DNA of 64,000 nucleotides from Octopus vulgaris (Eukaryota): NCBI GenBank assembly GCA_951406725.2, contig OX597815.1, positions 76,694,001 to 76,758,000 of the forward strand, read 5' to 3'. Shown piece by piece: positions 39,749 to 52,900 of this stretch (position 1 is its first letter; each line of letters starts with the position of its first letter). The notes under the pieces were generated by a model. It saw only the letters and a program-made list of their open reading frames with translations, ran no database searches and was not told where the DNA came from. The position numbers and the translations under genes were made by a program.

Positions 39749-41669
39749 CATATATACACGAAGTAGAAAAGTAAGTAGAAAAGAGAAGGCAAACAGTTTG
39801 GCAAAAATTACTTGACAAGGACATTTAATTTAGCTAGATAAAATAAGGCGGTGTTCCAGTATGGCCATTGTCAAATGACTGAAACAAATAAAAGAATAGT
39901 CTCTGACAATTGTTTTCAGGATATCTGAGCTACTGTGACATCGTGTTGAGGAAAATATTCCGTATACTGAGTATTCTGTGGTTGGAGAGTGATAGGTTAA
40001 ATATATGTAACAGTGGAAGAATGTTCCTCATTAGCGATAGTTGACGTGGTTCATTATGTCTAGAAAGGGGGGATAAATCCAATTAAATCGGGTATTCCTA
40101 AGGTAACTCCATGATCAGAGAGAATGGTTAGATAGTAATCCATGGTGAAGGAAATTGGATGCTAATATTTCCAAAGTTGGACAAATATTGTAGTATTTTT
40201 CCAACTTTGGAAATGCTAGAATATCTACTGGAACGCCATTGATCATAGAAATGAATGACCGAGAGTTATTTGAGAATTTCAGCAAAGAAGTGAGAGATAG
40301 TAGAAAACTTTATTATTTGATGTGATCAGGCAAAAGGGAAATACTATTCGCTCAGCATCAATTTACTGAACTGATTCCGTTAATTTTAATATTTTTCATT
40401 TATATTGGAATTTCAACGAATGTCTAAAGACAATCTATTTGACTGATAATTGCTGGAGTTTCAATAAAACCGTAACTGCTTCAGATGAAGATTTTCCTTT
40501 CCACAAAAATCGTAACTGCTCGAGATCAGGATTTCTAACAACCCATACAAAAATGCTTTTCGTCCTTTTAACTTAACGCACAGATGTACATTAAATAGAT
40601 GGAATACTTGGACACATCGTCAGCGTCGTATTATGTCTGGAATCACTGAGCATTCCGAATTATACAAGCTACGTTCTGTAGGTAATCAAGCTTAAGCCGG
40701 TGTGCAATCGACATTTTCCTTATCCTACCGATCATCTCTTTACAGCCAAAGCCGTGTAGGTACTTTCTTAATAGCCTCCTCATTTATGTAATTTATAACA
40801 CTAAGCTTGAAACATGAGATTATGAACAATTTCTTGCATTTTAATTATGAAATGAAAAAAGTAGAAAAAGAGTATCTATGATTGTGTCCAGATTGCACTC
40901 ACACACTATTGGTCAACCAGAGATCATCGTGAAAGAGAACTGTGATCGAACTTAAGAAACATGAAATTACAAAGTGTAGCTATAAACAGTGCTGAATGTT
41001 TTGAAATGTTTCCAAATTCTTCGTATCCCTATTAAAATGTTATTATTCAAGAATATAATCAGTAAGACAATAACTTTTAGACATAATTAGGGATAAGTGA
41101 TGTGAACTGTAGAGTGGTCGTGTGCGTCTTTAAAATTGCTGACAGGGCGTTTGGAAACGTCAAAACATGTGTATAACCATATGCCATGTGACAGTATCTC
41201 ACAAAATTTGAGAAGAAAATTCTATAAAACCTGAGAAATCCCTAATATTCCATACAGATTCTGATTGTGATTTCTATATTCAACATGATTAGAGTAGGTT
41301 TGATCCTGTGTTGTATCTTCATTGTTGGAGTGTTTGAAGCCAGTTCTGCTGATGACATACTTACAGCACATAATTTGATTAAAAGATCTGAAGTTAAACC
41401 TCCTTCATCCTCAGAATTCGTAGGCTTAATGGGACGTTCAGAAGAGTTGACACGACGATTAATTCAACATCCTGGTTCTATGTCTGAAACAAGTAAGAGA
41501 GGTCCACCGAAAAAAGGTAAAATTTTAAATTACTATTATTAGTTTTACTGTTTACAATTAATTTCTTTGATACAGGCGCAGGAGTGTCTTGCTTACCAAC
41601 CACATGGTTCAATGTTCATTCCCACTGCGTGGCACCTTGGGCAAAGTGTATTCTACTATAACCTCGGGC
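39212..41669 (+). repeat. Segmental duplication unit, copy B (paralogous to 746-3207)
   Basis: See copy A. Starts in the middle of the Tc1 element and ends inside the SINE, followed by (TA)n. Confidence 0.95.
41285..41516 (+). CDS. OctTK-II: Tachykinin precursor copy B (OctTK-II-like), coding exon 1
   Basis: MIRVGLILCCIFIVGVFEASSADDILTAHNLIKR-SEV-KPPSSSEFVGLM-GR...KRGPPKK; donor AAAG|GTAAAA at 41516/41517. KPPSSSEFVGLM-amide is the OctTK-II peptide. Confidence 0.95.
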
Positions 41670-41686
41670 TATATATATATATATAT

Positions 41687-43758
41687 CTCGTTATATTTCG
41701 GAATGGTCATTTTGCCAGTTTAGCCAATGAAATCACACGCACTATATATTTGGTGTTACTTTGCTTCAGTGTTATTTATTTTTTACATTAATCTTAATCT
41801 TATTTCGGCCAGAGTTCTTTCGTTACACTCCTGTGACCGCATCAGTGGTCCTTTGTTTTCTTCTTTCTTATTTGTGTCTCTCCTTACTAACCGTCAGCCA
41901 TTTTGTATTTCTATTGTATGTCTTCATTTGCGCATGCTTATATCTCTATGTGCGTCTATGTTTATTTAGTGTGTGTGTGTGGGGGATGCTTGTAATATTT
42001 GTATCTTCTGTTTATATACGTTCATGTAATTTGTTTTTGTTGTTGTTTTTGTTTATTCTTATTTTGTTCATGTGTTTACATCCCTTTATTATTATCATTA
42101 CATATGCTTGTATGTATGCATGTATGTATAACAACAATACTAGTAATAATAATAATAAATCAAAAAAATATATATAGTTATTTATTTCTATTTGTTTATT
42201 TATCGGTGTATTTATTATGTTTTCGGGATCCTGTACCGTCATATGTTGTGGTGTGTACTATTGTTCCATTCTAGTTTTCTATTCAGGCTAGGTTTTTTTT
42301 CTATTATGTGTGTAGCTTCTGTAATTTGTCTGATTGTTGCATCTGTTCTATGTGTGGGCAATATTTTAATTTTTATGTTGTTGATTGATCCCCCGCGTTC
42401 CTGTTCGGCGTGTTGGTACAGAATCGATGAGCTTTTACCTTCCTTGAGTAGTCTCCAATGTACATTTACCCGCTCTCCTATGCTTCTTGCCGTTTCCCCT
42501 ACGTATGTCGTTGTCTTGTTACTGCATCGTCCCTCTATACATCTTATACTATAGACTACATTTCTGGCTTTACAGTTTGTTTGTGGGCTAAATCTACATA
42601 CAGTACAGTACTTATCAGTATAGGGGGTTCTACTAAAAGGATAGGTTCTACCAATTATAGATTTGATAGGGTTGCCTGGCTTTTCAACAACCTTAATCCT
42701 TAGCTTAAGTTTGTCTAGGGTCCTTTTAAAGCGGTACGCCAGTTCACCTCCAGAGGTGGTGTCAACGAACATGACACTCTGGTATTTATGGCTATCATAC
42801 CAAGAGTTGGCCTTCCCTATTTTCTTTTTTGTCCTTTCTATAGTGTTCCATGACTTGTTCCTATAGAGTGGGCAAATCCTATTCCTATCATTACATAATA
42901 TATTATCAAATTTCTTCATGGCTACTTTGTATTCTCTGATCCTTTCTTTATGGCTGTAACCTGAGAACTGCATGCGGTGAATGAAATATTGTATGTGTCT
43001 CTTTAACTCTGTAGGCTCGCACATGCGTGACACATTTCTCATTATTCTGACGAGGTCTGCCATCAAAATATTGAATTAGGCCTTGTCCGCAATGGCTGAG
43101 TTCCGATGGATCAAGTATTATGAGGCCATATGTTTGGCATAGTATGAATGAAAGATTTGGGTTTTATTATTCACAATTTCTAGCCAGAGTTCAGTGTCTA
43201 GTACTGGTAGTCTATGGTTGGGGTGTTTAGTGGGTTAGTCTATTGTGACCTTAATACTCTGGTGGATGGAGTTAGCTATTTGCTGGATGCTCTCCATAGT
43301 ATTAGTTTCTATTACTATATCAACAGTACTCTCTTGTGTGGGTGCCTTTACCACTATGTTGATATCATCAGCATAGCGAGAGTACATGTTTACGAGTATG
43401 AAGTTCTGTGTTAGGCGTTCTTTAAGCCTTCTATCACCAGCGATACTAACGCCGATGGCTGCCCCCTCGTCCTGGGCATATATTTTATTGTTAAACTTAA
43501 ACGTGTGGCCTTTAAGGGTAACTCTTATACTAGCTCCTAGTGTATGTGCGATCATTTTCTTTACCTGATGGACATTTGCGGGGCTCCGTATGGCTCTGGT
43601 CCATCCGAGCCATCTTTCTATATGGGTCTTCCTAGCCATAGAAGTAATTGTGGGCGGTCTACCTCTTAAACATCTACTGAAGCAAAGTAACACCAAATAT
43701 ATAGTGCGTGTGATTTTATTGGCTAAACTGGCAAAATGACCATTCCGAAATATAACAA
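41687..43758 (-). mobile_element. 5'-truncated Penelope-like retroelement with inverted terminal segments
   Basis: RT motifs ([16 protein letters not shown]; ORF 43235-43783) and GIY-YIG endonuclease (NVVY...YVGETARSIGER; ORF 42239-43066). About 80-bp inverted repeat at 41689-41770 / 43677-43758. Confidence 0.85.
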
Positions 43759-43815
43759 TATCTGTTTCAACACACGACTTCACATAAAAAAATCTTGCAC
43801 AACAAATATATAAAC

Positions 43816-43933
<118 letters not shown>

Positions 43934-43934
43934 C

Positions 43935-44225
43935 TAGCCATATAAGCATCTAGCCATCGTGCTAACGTTTTTGCCAGCTCACCGCCTTCGACAGACGAAA
44001 TACCTATTTCTTTACTACCCACAAGGGGCCAAACATAGAGAAGACAATCAAGGACAGATAAACGGATTAAATCAATTACATCGACCCCAGTGCGTAACTG
44101 GTACTTATTTAATCGACCCCGAAAGGATGAAAGGCAAAGTCGACCTCGGCGGAATTTGAACTCAGAACGTACGACAGACGAAATACTGCATAGCATTTCG
44201 CCCTGCATGCTAACGTTTCTGCCAT
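43935..44225 (-). mobile_element. OR2-like SINE copy at the left edge of the inverted duplication
   Basis: Same family sequence as 23625-23840. Confidence 0.8.
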
Positions 44226-44398
44226 GCATGCACGCGTCTGGGATCAGCAGATGTATCAACAATATATGCAATATAAGCTGGTTTGACATTGCTTACTGAT
44301 GCACGATGGTGTAGCAAAGGATTAATAAAACAGCAGTCAAACACACGTTCGACTTGGGAATGTTGCAGACGAATGACAGAATCAATGATATAAAATGA

Positions 44399-44436
44399 TA
44401 TAAAAGTGAGATGAAACAGACAACGACAAGTCATTT
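44399..44436 (+). promoter_or_regulatory. Putative TATA box (TATAAAAG, 44399-44406) and initiator-like TCATTT (44431) of P2
   Basis: Spacing is close to the canonical TATA-Inr distance, which implies the ATG at 44411 is upstream of the TSS and the true start is 44447 or 44456. Confidence 0.55.
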
Positions 44437-44455
44437 CTCCATCGAAATGTTTAAC

Positions 44456-44947
44456 ATGAGCAGAATTGTTTGTTTGATTTATGCAGTCCTCCTGGTTATA
44501 TTTCTGGAAAGTGGTGGTGATGCGTTCTCTCTAGAAAAACGAAATGACATTGTTGGGAGTGATAACGATACTCCGTATGCCGGTGTTGGGAGTGATAACG
44601 ATACTCCGTATGACGGTGTTGTGAGTTATAACGATACTCCGTATGCCGGTGTTGGGAGTTATAACGATACTCCGTATGCCGGTGTTGGGAGTTATAACGA
44701 TACTCCGTATGCTGGTGTTGAGAGTTATAACGATACTCCGTATGACGGTGTTGTGAGTGATAACGATACTCCGCATGCTGGTGTTGTGGATAATATTCAG
44801 GATAACGCAGCAGATGATAATTCACTAAACAAATGTATCCAACATAGAATGAGACCTTGCAAGAAAGGACGTGGTTGTCGAAAAGCAAAGAAATGTGGAA
44901 AACGAAAGGAAAATGATAAAAAGCGTTTGAGGGAAAAGAGTTCATGA
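44456..44947 (+). CDS. Unrecognised secreted prepropeptide P2 (163 aa): signal, SLEKR, 7 x 11-aa acidic repeats, cationic 4-Cys segment followed by GKR
   Basis: MSRIVCLIYAVLLVIFLESGGDA-FSLE-KR-NDI(VGSYNDTPYAG-type)x7...CIQHRMRPCKKGRGCRKAKKC-GKR-KENDKKRLREKSS*. The ORF is intact; donor CCAG|GTAACG at 44969; acceptor at 46723; AATAAA at 46771. Confidence 0.8.
   Translation: MSRIVCLIYAVLLVIFLESGGDAFSLEKRNDIVGSDNDTPYAGVGSDNDTPYDGVVSYNDTPYAGVGSYNDTPYAGVGSYNDTPYAGVESYNDTPYDGVVSDNDTPHAGVVDNIQDNAADDNSLNKCIQHRMRPCKKGRGCRKAKKCGKRKENDKKRLREKSS
44552..44782 (+). repeat. Coding minisatellite, 7 x 33 bp
   Basis: Unit GTTG(G/T/A)GAGT(G/T)ATAACGATACTCCG(T/C)ATG(C/A)(C/T)GGT, frame-preserving. Confidence 0.95.
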
Positions 44948-46723
44948 GCGTTCTGAAAATCTTTACCAGGTAACGTATCCAATGAAACGTATTATGACTT
45001 TATGTTTTAATTTGAAGATTAGATTCAAAGCTGATATAAATAAGTACACAGAGATTCTTGAATTGTCTTTCTAATAATTTGTTATTTGTATTTTACATAA
45101 AGGCAGACTACTGTAGAATGTTTTCATCGATTTCTGAATTAAATATACCATTCAACAAATTCAGAAAGTAATAACCCAAGAGTGTTTTGTTAAGAAGTAG
45201 CTATGCATTTTTAAATTTGGTTCTTCAGTTATAGAGATCACTTTGGAAAACCTATTAGGAACCAATATTACTGTAAGTAAATATTCTTCCAAGAAATTAG
45301 AACCTCATACACTTTCTTCGAAACGCAGATTTTATAACAGCATTTTTGCTATTTTAAATTTATCTTAGATTTTCTGAGAAATGCTGTTTTAGAATCAAAG
45401 ATATATTTGTTAATCCTTATGAGTCTGCCGATGAACGCTGAACAATTCCTTCTCATTACATCGGCAACGATGTATGTCATGTGAAGAGCGTTTCTTATGG
45501 AAAGATATCTTCGCTTGTCTTGTAATGATATATTTACTCTAAAAAAATACTACATTTCAAAAGCGTTTCATGTAGGTGTTTCTTCAGATGTAGAATCCGC
45601 AATTCTGAGACGTAATTTGCAATTAGGGGAATAAGGTCGTTGTACAGTCGAGCACTGAGTCGCTGGTGGGTATCCTGTAGGTTTTAGATCCCGTTTCATA
45701 ACTTCCCAATCATTTAAGGCGATAGTTACAATCCGTCCTTTTAGATCTGCTTATCCATTTGGTATTATACTGTCGAGAGACCTAAACTGGTCTACTTTAG
45801 AAGCCGCCAGTGGGACAATGTCATTGCTCCATGACAGGATCTGGCACTTCAAGGCGTTTGTATCTGTGCCTCATGTTTAACGGCTTCGTGGATATACTGA
45901 ATTTGTCATAGCAACAACAGTGGATACATGGGTCGTGTCATCCAGATACCTAATACTTTTGGAGAGTGCATGAGTGAATAAGAACTTTTTCATGTGACTT
46001 TTCGTTCTCTCGGAGTACAAACATTATTATCGAATATCGCTTCTTTTATTTGCACTTGATTGGGATCCACGGTTATTACTTACATCATCTTCTATAGCGC
46101 TTTTCTTTAGATGTTGTCGAATGCATCATTAAAAACTATGAATTTAAAATACAATGACACCAGAAATTCTATTGCTTTTTAAATATTTTGCTCGACTTTA
46201 CAACTATATCTCCACCGAAACTAAAATATGATTAAATCTCTCTCACCCTTTCCCATCACGGCGCTTCTTTTGGTTTTGCTTTTCATTCTGTCACCAGGTT
46301 TCCCGTTATTGACGAGAAAGAAATTAGCTTGTTTCGAACTTTTGCTTGTCGCCCCTGTTATATATCGGTGTTACCAACATAGGGATCTAAAGTTTCGGCG
46401 TCCTTTCTGTCCCTCATATCATTTTAAACATTAACCACTATCTCTCTTCCTTCTTTTATTACTTCGGTTTATTATATAAAGAGTTCGGCGCCGGGCTGTG
46501 CTATACACTACTATTGTGAACACGTTCACACAAATACACACACACACACACACACAAATACTCACTCACACAAATACACATACACACAAATACACATACA
46601 CAAGCACACACAAATACACACATACCCACATAAACACAAACAGGTCTAAAGAAAGTTGGGACGGTTGTGAGGGAGAGGAAAACATACAAAATCTTATTGC
46701 TTTTGTTTTTTTTTCTTTTTCAG

Positions 46724-46770
46724 GCGATTTTAATCCCAATGAACTGAAACCTGAATCTAACATTTGTTAA
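46724..46770 (+). CDS. Candidate terminal coding exon of tachykinin copy B ((G)DFNPNELKPESNIC*); also the predicted 3'-UTR exon of P2
   Basis: Strong acceptor TTTTGTTTTTTTTTCTTTTTCAG| and AATAAA immediately after the TAA. Joining to the 41516 donor gives a 92-aa precursor ending GPPKKGDFNPNELKPESNIC, which matches my unverified recollection of the OctTK-II precursor end. Confidence 0.65.
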
Positions 46771-47661
46771 AATAAAATATGAAAGCATATCAAATTTGTT
46801 TGTATTTATTTATATGATCGACATTGTTTCTGCCAACATTGTATTTTTATGGAGAAGTGTAATAACTGTAGCCAAATACCGAACTCCTGTTCAGATTATT
46901 ATAAGAACGTTTTTCCTTATTACTACTTATTTTCAGGATATAAGTATAAACGTCATAGAACATCCTTTTATATTCTGTGAGCACAAAACAATATTTAAGT
47001 TTAATAATTTCTCAGTTTATTCTGTGTTTTCAAAAAATATTAGAACTAAGAATTCTACTTGGAGGTTTTAGGGTGTAAGAACAAACTGAAAGTGAGATAT
47101 ATATGGACCAAGTTCATTTAAATGATTGGGGATAGGTCGACTGAGTAAATTTTAATGTAAATTAGGACATTTTATACATTATAAAAATGCAAAATTATTA
47201 TAAGTATTTATAAAGCCAAGAAGCTAACTTAGGTAATTAAATGCGACATTGCTTTCATTGTGCAAAAGATTATTATGAAGATAGCTGTTAAAAATGTAAT
47301 CCATTGATTTTGCCGCGAGGAAAATGAAATACCTAACTTTATTTGGACAGTACCCTTCATCGGAAATGATGTTTCGATAGTACCGAATGAATAGATTGGG
47401 CACGCAAGAACATTAAGAAAACAACACTCTTCGGGGATAAGTACTGCCTTATTTATTCTGTGTCTGCTTTTCATCACCCCTGGCATAATCGAGCGCTCGT
47501 AATCTCTAGTCCAACTGTTTGATATACTTTAAGGAACAGAAGTCGAAAATAAAGCATCCAGTTTAGTAGAAAGAATAAAAATGACTTGTCAGCACATAAT
47601 TTGATGAACAGATCTTAAAATAGAAATATAACCGCTTATCACGAATAATGAGGACAACCAT

Positions 47662-47695
<34 letters not shown>

Positions 47696-48764
47696 TGTAT
47701 GTATGTATGTATGTATGTATGTATGTATGTATGTATGTATGTATGTATATGTATATGTATATAATATACCCTAACGATACAAACGGGACCAGATCACAGG
47801 CTAAAATCTACATGTCTATCCTTCTAACTTCTCTTATAAGCAAAGTCTTTGGACGAATTGTCAGACAACTTTCTTAGAAGAAAATGAAATACCTTTGACT
47901 TACTGAACTTCCAGGGGTTTTGATGCAAGTTATTCGATCATTCAAATGTCGATGTAGTATATCTTGACTTCGCAAGGGCCTTTGACAAGGTGGATCATGA
48001 CACGAGACACTGGCATAAATGGTAAACTGGGAGTGTGGCTAAATCACTTCCTGAAAGACAGAAGTCAGGCAGTTGTAGATAATGTTGCTCTCTCGAAAGA
48101 AACACATTCTCAGTGGCAATTTCTCACGGTTCTGTTTGTAGACTACTGCTGTTTATAACAGGCCTTTTAAATATATATATATATACAAATTACAAAATAC
48201 AAAGTTATATCTTGAGATCGTTTGTGACAACAACACTCAAAATATATAATATCTAAGACTGAAATTGTAGTGCTCAAATGAGCTGTATACACTTATTAAT
48301 CCGTGGGGAGGCAATGTGAGCAGCAACTAAAGGAACATTACAAAATCCACAGAAAGATCAAACACATACATATATTCATATATTCATTTATATCTACAGA
48401 ACAGATTTAAAGTCCGACGTTTAAAAATATAGTAATATATAAACATCATATAAAAATATGTAAAAATATATAAGAATCAGTGTTGCATATTTAGCACATT
48501 GAATTTGCTCTTAAAATCATAAAACATTCGGTAAAAATTTGTTAAATTAAAAATTTGGGGTAATACAACATACAATGCCATATTAAAATGATGTATTAAA
48601 ATTCCAGAGAAAATACAGAAAAGATAAATATACAAAATTACAAAAATCCCTAAATACAAAAATGTTCATCATGTTTCGGAGACGCGCCAATTAATATGAA
48701 ACATATATTTGAAATTGACACTCCTCTCGTCAGGATGGTTTGAAATTACAGCTGGACCTAAATG

Positions 48765-49012
48765 TACTGGGTCGGTGCATAATTACTGCGGCTTTTTTAA
48801 AACAACTTTTATTCAACAAAAACAATAACAACATTTAACAAAACATCTTATTATTATTCCGGAGCATATTCACCATCTATTTCAATTAATGCTTGCCATT
48901 TGCTTGGCAGATAGTCAGACCGTCATTTAATGTTTTTGTTAAATATTGATATTGTATTTGGTGAATAAAATTTGTAGAAAACAAGCCGCAATAATTATGC
49001 ACCAACCCAATA
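48765..49012. mobile_element. Mariner-derived MITE-like element (mirror copy at about 57268-57520)
   Basis: Inverted ends TACTGGGTCGGTGCATAATTACTGCGGC / GCCGCAATAATTATGCACCAACCCAATA. Confidence 0.7.
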
Positions 49013-49111
49013 ATATACAACTGGGCTGAAGAAAACCAAAGTCTCGGTATGAAGTACAGATGCGGGCAGCACTGCCAAATACCAAACGAAAACTCAGCCA
49101 AATAAGGTAGC

Positions 49112-49192
<81 letters not shown>

Positions 49193-49419
49193 TACAAAAT
49201 TGCTAGTGACAACAACACTCAAAATATATAACAGACTGGAATTGTAGTGCTCAAATGAGCTGTATACTCTTATTAATCCGAGAGGAGGCAATGTGAGCAG
49301 CAGCTAAAGGAACATTACAAAATCCACGGAAAGATCAAACACATACATATATTTATATATTCATTTACATCTACAGAACAGATATAAAGTCCGACGCTTA
49401 AACATATAATAACATTGCC

Positions 49420-52400
49420 TCCCGAGCACTACAATTCCAGTTTGTTACATATTTTGAGTGTTGTTGTCACTAGCGATCTATATATTTGACTCTTTGGAGC
49501 GCTACAATACAGATTGGATTTAATGGAGAAGTAATACTTGGGCGTTTCTACCAGGAATATTCCTATTCCATCGAGGAAATTATACATGGAATCTCTCCTG
49601 AATAAGACCAGTGAAATTATATCTAGACTTATGTGGCGTGCTTTTTATTTTGATAAGTCCAGAAACTTGAAGTGGAAGGATGAAACCATGAAGACCAGCA
49701 CTTCTAACCAAACTGAAGATTCGGAATTCTACAAGTCATATAAAAATGCACCACCAAATCCCGACCTTGCTAAATTTGAAAAGGACATAATATATATGAT
49801 TACGAACTTTAAATACTGCAAATATACGAATGCTTTCCAAAATCAATTACAACATACAATAGCTAAACTGAAGGACGATCCCAATCTACACATTCTTTCT
49901 GATAAAACAGGGAATATTTACTCAGTGCCTTATGAAACTTATGATAAATTGATATCCAAAGAGCTGCACGCTAAATACAAAATCGCCAAGAAATCAGCTC
50001 TTACCGACATTAATAATAGACATTATGACTTAATTTCAAAATTAGGAATTCGTGACCCCGCATTGCACCCTAAAGGACCATAAACAAGATTTTCTTGCCA
50101 AACCGTCAATACGATTAATTTGCCCAACCAAATCTGACTTGGGTAGGATCAGCAAATCCATATTGGATAGAATCATTCCGGTGATAAGATAAAGGACGAT
50201 GTTACCCTTATGGAAATGTTCCAATGATGTTTTATATTGGTTTCACACAATTAAATGTGATGACTCATCTTCATTTGTACAATTTGATGTTTCCAATTAC
50301 TACTCCTCAATCTCCCACATCTTACTGAATAAAGCAATCATTTTCGCCAGAAATTTTGTTGAAATATCGAATCTAGATGTTGATATTATTCAAGCAGCAA
50401 GAATGACCCTGATAAATTATGGAAAGCATCACTGGTCAAAATCAGATTCTTTTAACTTATTCGACATTACCATGGGATCTTTGGACTCGGCTCAAATAAC
50501 GGATGTTGTTGGTCTATTTCTGTTGGACAAGATTAAGCGGTTTTCCCCATCTCTATCTGGAGAGATTTATAGGGATGATGCATTGTTCATTTCAGATTGA
50601 AAGAATAAAGAAGGACCTTAGGGAGCTTCTGAAGGACTTTTATAATTTGAGCATCGTTTTTGAGTCCTAAAGTGGCAAATTTCTTAGACATCACTTTCGA
50701 TCTGAATACTAGCTTACACTACCTATTCCGAAAACCAAACCAAACTTTCCAATATATCAATGTTTCCTCAAATCATCCCAAATCAACCATCAATAGCATT
50801 ATAACTGCAATTTCTATCAGAATCTCAAACCTATCGGCGAATGAAAACATTTTTAATCAATATGCCCCAATATACAATAATGCCTTAAAATTATTATAAC
50901 ATTGAATACATACACAATACAAAATAAAAAATTAAATTGGCCAGCATAGTCAGGGACGATACGAAACGGATTTCGGATGGCAGAAGCTCCCCTCATGATC
51001 CTCATGGAGCCCGCAACAAGTCGATAAAGACCAATATTTATGCTGATAAAATGGGGTTTAGAAATACGAGGAATAAATGTGATATGGTTGGTTTTGTAAA
51101 TGGTAACAACGTTAATAAGATTAATAATAAGAATTGTAATGATGTAAATACCATGGATGATAACAGCGACGGGAGGGACGGGATGCTAATAATAGGAATC
51201 ATAAATGTGAATTGAGGTTTAAAGTTGGGCTTAAGTCTAATGAAGGTGAAAATAGGAATAGAAATAAAAATAATACTAATAGTAATAAAAAATATAAATA
51301 CAAATAAAAATAATAATAATATAGGCGTAGGAGTGGCTGTGTGGTAAGTAGCTTGCTTACAAACCACATGGTTCCGGGTTCAGTCCCACTGCGTGGCATC
51401 TTGGGTAACTGTCTTCTGCTATAGCCCCGGGCCGACCAATGCCTTGTGAGTGGATTTGGTAGACGGAAACTGAAAGAAGCCTGTCGTATATATGTATATA
51501 TATATGTATGTGTGTGTGTTTGTGTGTTTGTGTTTGTCCCCCTAGCATTGCTTGACAACCGATGCTGGTATGTTTACGTCCCCGTCACTTAGCGGTTCGG
51601 CAAAAGAGACCGATAGAATAAGTACTGGCCTTACAAAGAATAAGTCCCGGGGTCGATTTGCTCGACTAAAGGCGGTGCTCCAGCATGGCCGCAGTCAAAT
51701 GACTGAAACAAGTAAAAGAGTAAAAGAGTAAAGAGTAATAGAAACAGGAATGGCCTTACATTTAGTACATCAAGTCAAGCAACATATTGTAATCCCATTA
51801 TTAATACTAAGTCTAGGATTCGTCAAGTTATTTGGTTTGCCCCTCCCTTTTCTTTAAGAGTGAAAGGTTTACCAAAGCTATTTTTAAAGTTATTGAAGGA
51901 AAATTTCCCCAAAACACCATAAATACTATTCAATACGTAACAAGTCAACAATCAAGCTGGCTTACTCGGTCACTCCCAATATCGGGTCTATTATTGCTTC
52001 GTTGAACAAAAGCAAAATAAGGCACTATAATGATAGAAATGATGACAAAAGCTTTAATGGGAAATTCATCAATGACGGAAAATAATAGTAATAGTAATAG
52101 TACGTCTTCTGAAATCGATTACGAAGGGGGTGTTGGAATAACAAATAATGCAAATAGTAGTAGGGATAATCATAATAATGATATTAGTGATGATAATGGG
52201 TATGATGGTGGTAATAATAGTGATAATAGTAGTGATAATGGTAATAAAAATATTAGTAATAATAATAATGATGGTAATAGTAAGAATAATAATAGAATAA
52301 ATATACCTGAAAATAGCACGAACGATGGTGTAAATAATATGGTGGATCATAGTATTGGGAGGGGGCAAGGGTTCGGAGTGATCAGTAATTCTTGATCCCG

Positions 52401-52900
52401 TAACAGGCTGAAGAAGTGTAATTGTAAGGACCCATCAGTATGTCCGATTAACGGAAATTGTCGCCAGGAAAATGTGATTTATAAATGTCGTGTTGAGACT
52501 CGGTAATTCAATAGACTTCAAGCAGAGATATCGATCCCACCTGAGCACTTTTAACAATCCTAAATAAAGGACATCTACGACATTGGCATCATACGTAAAT
52601 GACCTTAAGGAAAGGAATGTTGCATTTGAATTATCGTGGGCTATCCTTGCACATGCCTTCCCATATAGAATTGGGTCCATTAGATGCAGTTTGTGCATAA
52701 GGGAAGCATATATTTTATTGAAAAATTATAACAATGCAATGTTGAATAAATTCGCTGATGCAATACCAGCGTGTACGCATAAGATCCACTCGACGTTCCG
52801 TAAGAAACTGATAAATAAAAATAACAATAAAAGTTAGAGACAATTGAATTAAATATAGTAAGCGGTAATTAAAATCAAACTAAAGTATAATAATTAAATC
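49420..52900 (+). mobile_element. Degenerate Penelope-like retroelement with Asn-rich inserts
   Basis: RT motifs SDKTGNIY, QFDVSNYYSSI, DITMGSLDSAQ, IYRDDAL, NFLDITFDL, and a GIY-YIG tail WAILAHAFPY...CSLCIRE; multiple stops and frameshifts. Confidence 0.88.
51323..51737 (+). mobile_element. Full-length octopus SINE (OK/OR-type) nested in the Penelope element
   Basis: Pol III A-box TGGCTGTGTGG, B-box GGTTCAGTCC, and (TAAAAGAG)n tail. Confidence 0.92.

Larger units (their letters stand above)
44238..49420. repeat. Left arm of a large inverted duplication (right arm about 56388-63395)
   Basis: Identical or near-identical ORF-track peptides on opposite strands (46228+/60931-, 47229-/59790+, 47964+/57638-, 48477-/56362+) and reverse-complement DNA matches by eye. 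Confidence 0.92.

Noticed and set aside
44411-44455. Longer N-terminus MKQTTTSHFSIE for P1 and P2
   Set aside because: That ATG lies only a few bases after the putative TATA box and upstream of the likely TSS; the signal peptide begins at the downstream ATG.
51323-51400. tRNA-like A and B boxes
   Set aside because: These are heads of tRNA-derived SINEs, not tRNA genes; no cloverleaf end or terminator, and they continue into SINE body.
52030-52395. Asn/Asp/Ser-rich ORF
   Set aside because: Low-complexity (AAT/GAT) insert within the decayed Penelope-like element.
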